Source: Deferribacterales bacterium UBA4806 (GTDB taxonomy: Bacteria; Chrysiogenota; Deferribacteres; Deferribacterales; UBA228). Taken from it: a DNA stretch of 64,000 bases. The stretch lies in contig DHGE01000048.1 in the NCBI GenBank assembly GCA_002402635.1, positions 5,154 through 69,153 on the forward strand, in the 5' to 3' direction. Below the pieces are notes generated by a model. That model searched no databases. It was not told the origin of the DNA and worked only from the letters and a program-made list of their open reading frames with translations. This document shows, in pieces, positions 59,749 through 64,000 of the stretch (position 1 is the first letter of the stretch; each line of letters opens with the position of its first letter). Position numbers and translations under genes: made by a program.

Positions 59749-60849
59749 CTATTTTTGCACTAAAGAGATAAAAAGATCCCAAAACTTATCTGAATTTACT
59801 CCCAAAACAATTTTTGCCTTTCTGGTCCCTGAAGGAAATCCTTCACCACTATCTACATCTCTCCTTCTACTGTTGCTGTAACCAATTGATCTCCCATAGT
59901 TAGGGCCCAGGGTATCTTCAATATCTACATATCTTTCATCAATTTTAGTTATAATATCTGGCTGCAGAAAAATAGCAGCAGTAATTGAATCCCATACAAA
60001 TGATTTATAATCAGGATTTTTCTCGAAAATTGGGCCATGTAAATTTTTAAACATATTTACAACCTCTGAATTGCCTCCAGAAACAATACGATCATATATT
60101 TTTTTTGTATAAAAAACTTTTTCACAGACATCAAGAGGAACTATAATCTGTTCTTTGAAAGGTGCTCTTAATGAAATTTTTGCAGCCTCAGGATCAAACC
60201 AAAAATTAAACTCCGCAGATGGTGTTGTATTTCCGGGCACATCAAAAGCTCCCCCCATATATATAATGCTTTTAACCATTGGTACTAAATAGGGATATTC
60301 TCTGACAAATAATGCAATATTTGTGCAAGGACCTAATGCAAAAATAGTAATTTCTCCAGGGTTTTTATATATTTCATTTGCTATAAAATCAACAGCTCCA
60401 ATATTCATTGGATTATTTTTAGAATATCCTCCATAAGGGGCTTCACTATATTCTCCCAAATCAGTATAAGAAATAGGAGCTGGTCTGTCATATGCTCCCA
60501 AATACTCAGAATTTCCCCATAAAATTTCTTCGGCTCCAAGTGACATGTATCTGCTACCCATTAGAGGCTCTTTAACACCAGGTATTACTGATATGTCCGT
60601 GTGGTTAATAATTTCTAAAAATCTTAAGAGGTAAGCTATACCTTCATTCAGCCAAACATTTCCTGGGACAACTGTAGCCCCAAGAATTTCTACTTTACCT
60701 GAATTTGCCAGCATCGCAAGTGCATAGGCATCATCAGAAAACATAGCAAAATCTGTATCAAATATTACTTTTTCCATACTGTGTAAAGAATTATTTACAA
60801 ATAAAGCTAATAATATAAATAAAACAATAAATCTCTTTTTGACAAACAT
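59749..60849 (-). CDS. Nucleoside hydrolase family protein with N-terminal signal peptide or membrane anchor
   Basis: 366 aa. AGGGGG lies 4 nt before the ATG. The N-terminus is MFVKKRFIVLFILLALFVNNSLHS, followed by FDTDFAMFSDDAYA (an Asp cluster like the IU-nucleoside hydrolase DxDxxxDD but two residues longer). Confidence 0.7.
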   Translation of the reverse strand: MFVKKRFIVLFILLALFVNNSLHSMEKVIFDTDFAMFSDDAYALAMLANSGKVEILGATVVPGNVWLNEGIAYLLRFLEIINHTDISVIPGVKEPLMGSRYMSLGAEEILWGNSEYLGAYDRPAPISYTDLGEYSEAPYGGYSKNNPMNIGAVDFIANEIYKNPGEITIFALGPCTNIALFVREYPYLVPMVKSIIYMGGAFDVPGNTTPSAEFNFWFDPEAAKISLRAPFKEQIIVPLDVCEKVFYTKKIYDRIVSGGNSEVVNMFKNLHGPIFEKNPDYKSFVWDSITAAIFLQPDIITKIDERYVDIEDTLGPNYGRSIGYSNSRRRDVDSGEGFPSGTRKAKIVLGVNSDKFWDLFISLVQK

Positions 60850-60961
60850 AGAACCCCCTACAAAAATTTAGTCTAAATAAATCATATATTAACAGATCGT
60901 TTATCCTTTAATACAAACTTTTTTTAATTATAATGTTATATTAACACTAAAAAAATGATGT

Positions 60962-61001
60962 TGAAAGTATATTATTAATTATGAAAGTATATTATTATTT
61001 A
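60962..61001. repeat. Tandem direct duplication, 2 x 20 bp
   Basis: TGAAAGTATATTATTA occurs at 60962..60977 and again at 60982..60997 (16/16 identical; 19/20 over the full unit). It abuts and overlaps the stop codon of the truncated gltD-like ORF. Confidence 0.9.
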
Positions 61002-61324
61002 AATAGTCATCAATTGCTCTTCCTGTGGGCAGACTCTACCACATATTGCTGGTAATGTTTTATTTTCCTTTATCTTTTTTGCAGCCTCACAAAATTTATT
61101 TTTAGAAACAAGTTCTATAAAACTCGGTATATCCACTTCAACTGGGCAGCCTTTCATACAAGGACTTTTTTTGCATTTTAAAGAACGATTTGCTTCTTCT
61201 GTTGCCTGTTCTTCTGTATAACCTAATGGTACTTCTTTAAAATTCCTAACTCTCTCTTCTGGAGATTGCTGTGGCATTGGAATCCTTCTAATAGTTAGAG
61301 GCCTTTTTTCTGTTTTTCGGACAT
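60999..61324 (-). pseudogene. Truncated and frameshifted N-terminal fragment of a GltD/NfnB(SudA)-type Fe-S flavoprotein gene
   Basis: The 92-aa ORF MPQQSPEERVRNFKEVPLGYTEEQA...CGRVCPQEEQ matches only the N-terminal Fe-S region of roughly 450-aa GltD/NfnB proteins and then stops. An upstream ATG (61324) gives MSEKQKKGL*. One extra A in the A6 tract (61304..61309) would read MSEKQKKRPLTIRRIPMPQQ... Confidence 0.7.
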
Positions 61325-61325
61325 A

Positions 61326-61640
61326 TTAAAATTCCTCCAAATTACATTTATGTAACACTTCTTTTTCTTCACTTCTATATTGATTAAGCCTCGATAAAAG
61401 TATGTCAAAATCAACCTTATGCTCATCAAACTCTGGTCCATCAACACAGGTGTATTTTGTTGTTTCTTAAATATTTACTCTACATCCACCACACATACCT
61501 ATACCATATATCATAATAGAATTTAAACTAACAATTGTTGGAATATTAAAAGGCTTAGTTAACTTAGAAACAAATTTCATCATTATTGCTGGTCCTATTG
61601 CAATCACTCTATTTACTTCCTCACTATCTAATATTTCTTA
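61326..61640 (-). pseudogene. C-terminal remnant of an NfnA/SudB (PyrK-like) ferredoxin-NADP reductase subunit gene with an in-frame stop
   Basis: The minus-strand translation is EILDSEEVNRVIAIGPAIMMKFVSKLTKPFNIPTIVSLNSIMIYGIGMCGGCRVNI*ETTKYTCVDGPEFDEHKVDFDILLSRLNQY.. There is a TAA at 61467..61469, more stops lie upstream, and the N-terminal ~180 aa have no room before the next gene. Confidence 0.6.
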
Positions 61641-61782
61641 AAGCTTCTTTGTAAATAACGTTAAACACTAGTTACACCTCCATGTGCTTATATTTTTTTA
61701 TAATAGATATTATTTAATTCAAATTAATTATAACCTAATATATTTAAATCATTCATCATCATTAAAAATTAATAAATTGTAA

Positions 61783-63207
61783 TCAAAAATTAAAAGTATC
61801 TAGTATTTTTGGATCTAATTCTCTTTTTATGAATTCACCATCACCTACATTTCCGTAAAAAATTTCATTTTCTACAATTATTTTTCCTTTAGAAATAGTA
61901 ATAATAGGAAATCCTTTCACTTTTAAACCTTCGTATAAACAATAATCCACATTATTATGTAGAATATTCTGAGAAAGTATGACTTCTTTTTCCATATCAA
62001 TAACTACAATATCAGCATCGCTACCTGGTGCTATAATGCCTTTTTGAGGATAACACCCATATAGTTTAGCAATATTTGTGCAACATATTTCGCATAGTTT
62101 ATTTATAGAAATCTTATTTTTATTTACACCTTCTGAGAGAAGCAAGGGAAGTCTTGTTTCTATTCCTGGCAAGCCATTGACTATTTTTCTAAAATCTTGT
62201 TTATAATTGCCGTTTTTATCTTTAACTAAAAAAACAGTTTTTTCTTTTATTGTATAGGCACAATCGTCTGATCCAATTGTCGTAATGACATCTTGTTTTA
62301 TACCATTCCATAGGGCATACAAATCTCTTGATGACCTTAGGGGTGGGGAACATATTGCAAGAAAACCATTGGGATTTTTATAGATTTTTTTAGTGAGAGT
62401 TAAATATTGTGGGCATGTTTCTGTATATATGGGTAGACCATTATCTTGGGCGTTTTTTATAATTTGTAGTGATTCTCTTGCAGAAACATGGACTATTAAA
62501 AGAGCATTACCTATATACTTAGAAAAATTAACTATTCTATTAACAGCTTCAACCTCACACAGATTAGGTTTTGAGTTAGGAAAAGTTGACCACAGAAAGT
62601 TCTTTGTTTTTTCTAGTTTGCTTAAATTAAATTCAAATATTGAGTCACTTTCAGCATGGACCATAGGTAAAAGGTTTAAATTTTTAGCATTATCTACAAT
62701 CATAAGAATACTTTTATCATCTAACATTAATCCTCTATCTTTATAAGTCATGTAAATTTTGAAGGAGGGACAACCATAATAATTTAAATATTCCATTTCT
62801 TTTAAAATATGATTATTACATTCTACCAACTGAGAATGTATTCCATAATCAATAGCAGACTTTGCCATTTCTTCTTTTCGTAATTTAATGTTTTCTATGA
62901 TTGATTCTCCACTTTTAATATTGATGAAATCCATGAACATAGTGACGCCGCCAAAAGCTGCCGATATACTCTGGGTATAAAAGTTATTAGCACTAACACA
63001 GCCTTGAATAGGTAATTCTACATGCATGTGCGGTTCTATAATCCCTGGCATTACAAATTTATTTGTAACATCGATTATTTTTTTAGCTTTTAGCTGATCT
63101 TTCTCCGAACTAATTAATGATATTTTTTTATCTTTTATATAGATGTTAGCTTTAATTGTGTTTTTTGGATAAACTATATAGCCATTTTTTAATACGATAT
63201 CATACAT
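61783..63207 (-). CDS. Dihydropyrimidinase/D-hydantoinase-family cyclic amidohydrolase
   Basis: 474 aa. Metal ligand blocks GIIEPHMHVE, SFKIYMTYKD (carboxylated Lys position), VHAESD, HVSA, ETCPQYL and SPPLR...GSDD. Confidence 0.8.
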   Translation of the reverse strand: MYDIVLKNGYIVYPKNTIKANIYIKDKKISLISSEKDQLKAKKIIDVTNKFVMPGIIEPHMHVELPIQGCVSANNFYTQSISAAFGGVTMFMDFINIKSGESIIENIKLRKEEMAKSAIDYGIHSQLVECNNHILKEMEYLNYYGCPSFKIYMTYKDRGLMLDDKSILMIVDNAKNLNLLPMVHAESDSIFEFNLSKLEKTKNFLWSTFPNSKPNLCEVEAVNRIVNFSKYIGNALLIVHVSARESLQIIKNAQDNGLPIYTETCPQYLTLTKKIYKNPNGFLAICSPPLRSSRDLYALWNGIKQDVITTIGSDDCAYTIKEKTVFLVKDKNGNYKQDFRKIVNGLPGIETRLPLLLSEGVNKNKISINKLCEICCTNIAKLYGCYPQKGIIAPGSDADIVVIDMEKEVILSQNILHNNVDYCLYEGLKVKGFPIITISKGKIIVENEIFYGNVGDGEFIKRELDPKILDTFNF

Positions 63208-63391
63208 ATTTTTGTTTTTAAATTAATAAATAAGTAATTTCATTTTAATATAATATTTTGTAAAATCAACAAATTTTTGTACATATAAAACTATTTATAA
63301 CTATATAATAAACAAATTAATAAACTTCCATTTACACTGGCTTTTCAATAAGTTAATTTTTTGAATATTAAAAATTAACATTTATAAAAAG

Positions 63392-63991
63392 TTAATACAT
63401 TTTTTTATTTTCTTTCTGATCCCATTCAGCAAAAACTTTAATACACTTATCCCTATTTACTTGCTCTTGTTTTAGATATTTTTTTCTCAAATTATCATCA
63501 ACAAGCATTTCATAAAACAATTTATCATCAAATCCTATTTTTGCAGCATCTTCTTTTGAACACCCATAATATATTTTGTCAATTCTAGACCAAAAAATTG
63601 CAGATAAGCACATAGGACATGGTTCGCATGTTGTATATAATTGACAGCCCTTCAAATCAAAGTTCTGAAGTTTTTTAGATGCTCTTCTGATAGCAACAAT
63701 CTCTGCATGCGCTGTGGGATCTTTCGTAAAAAGTACCATATTATGTCCCCTAGAAATAATCAGACCATCTTTAACTATTACTGCTCCAAATGGACCTCCC
63801 TCATTTTTTTGAATACCAATTTCGGCTTCTTTTATTGCTTCATCCATAAAATGAACAATATTCATTTGTGACACACTCCTTTTATCATTAATTTTACAAC
63901 CCACAATCGATGCATTAAGGGCAACATAACTAACAGATAATAAAGAAATTTTTAAGATATCCCTTCTGTTAAACAATATACCTTTCTCCAC
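63392..63991 (-). CDS. guaD: CDA-fold guanine deaminase (B. subtilis GuaD type); start codon ambiguous, possible Tat-lipoprotein signal
   Basis: GGPFGAVIVKDG, DPTAHAEIVAIR, CEPCPMCLSAI, GFDD and the C-terminal ..KKMY resemble B. subtilis GuaD. Candidate starts are GTG 63991, TTG 63976 and ATG 63865. The frame is open to the window edge. Confidence 0.8.
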   Translation of the reverse strand: MEKGILFNRRDILKISLLSVSYVALNASIVGCKINDKRSVSQMNIVHFMDEAIKEAEIGIQKNEGGPFGAVIVKDGLIISRGHNMVLFTKDPTAHAEIVAIRRASKKLQNFDLKGCQLYTTCEPCPMCLSAIFWSRIDKIYYGCSKEDAAKIGFDDKLFYEMLVDDNLRKKYLKQEQVNRDKCIKVFAEWDQKENKKMY

Positions 63992-64000
63992 AAGAACTTT

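Noticed and set aside
63353-63378. Inverted repeat TTAATTTTT-N8-AAAAATTAA just downstream of the deaminase stop, considered as a terminator.
   Set aside because: The stem is entirely A/T, and on the minus strand it is not followed by a T-run. It is not distinguishable from background in this composition.
1-64000. Search by eye for CRISPR repeats, IS/transposase/integrase genes, prophage genes, toxin-antitoxin pairs and known defence-system proteins.
   Set aside because: None was recognised. Every substantial ORF except 17216..18031 maps to a housekeeping or metabolic family, so I do not claim a mobile or defence island here.

Overview
Very AT-rich (roughly 30% G+C by eye, not computed), extremely compact bacterial chromosome segment. 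About 52 consecutive genes plus one tRNA lie on the minus strand (1798..57772), many with overlapping stop/start codons. The content is core housekeeping of a diderm, probably anaerobic bacterium. The lineage cannot be assigned without a database search. Recognisable blocks: yebC-ruvCAB-radA; a tungsten aldehyde:ferredoxin oxidoreductase cluster of the bacterial AorABC type; pgi-tilS-hpt-ftsH-folP-cdaA-cdaR-glmM-pdxJ; kdsB-pyrG-kdsA-kdsC-lptCAB-rpoN-hpf-ptsN-hprK-rapZ followed by a complete mannose-family PTS, ptsH and ptsI; acnA, smc, ftsY; mobA-fdhD-uvrB-mrcA; a sigma-54 two-component pair; rnr; a bis-MGD oxidoreductase; tRNA-Thr; and a NamZ / MurQ-GKRP-like pair at the left edge. The right end (59.7-64 kb) is a small nucleoside/nucleobase islet. 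I saw no CRISPR array, transposase, integrase, prophage or recognisable defence system, and I cannot point to a clearly novel multi-gene system. The most interesting observations are local. (1) A GuaD-type guanine deaminase has an apparent Tat-lipoprotein signal and an alternative internal start, and sits near a signal-peptide nucleoside hydrolase. (2) An nfnAB/gltD-like operon is visibly decayed, with a frameshift in an A6 tract, an in-frame stop, and a truncation next to a 20-bp tandem duplication. (3) A 33-codon, doubly overlapping ORF sits exactly where kdsD lies in the E. coli kdsD-kdsC-lptCAB-rpoN locus. (4) An FdhD homologue seems to lack the catalytic loop cysteine pair. (5) FolP carries an N-terminal extension of about 135 aa. 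(6) One orphan ORF is embedded in the smc-ftsY operon. All family calls come from motif recognition by eye and need HMM/BLAST confirmation.
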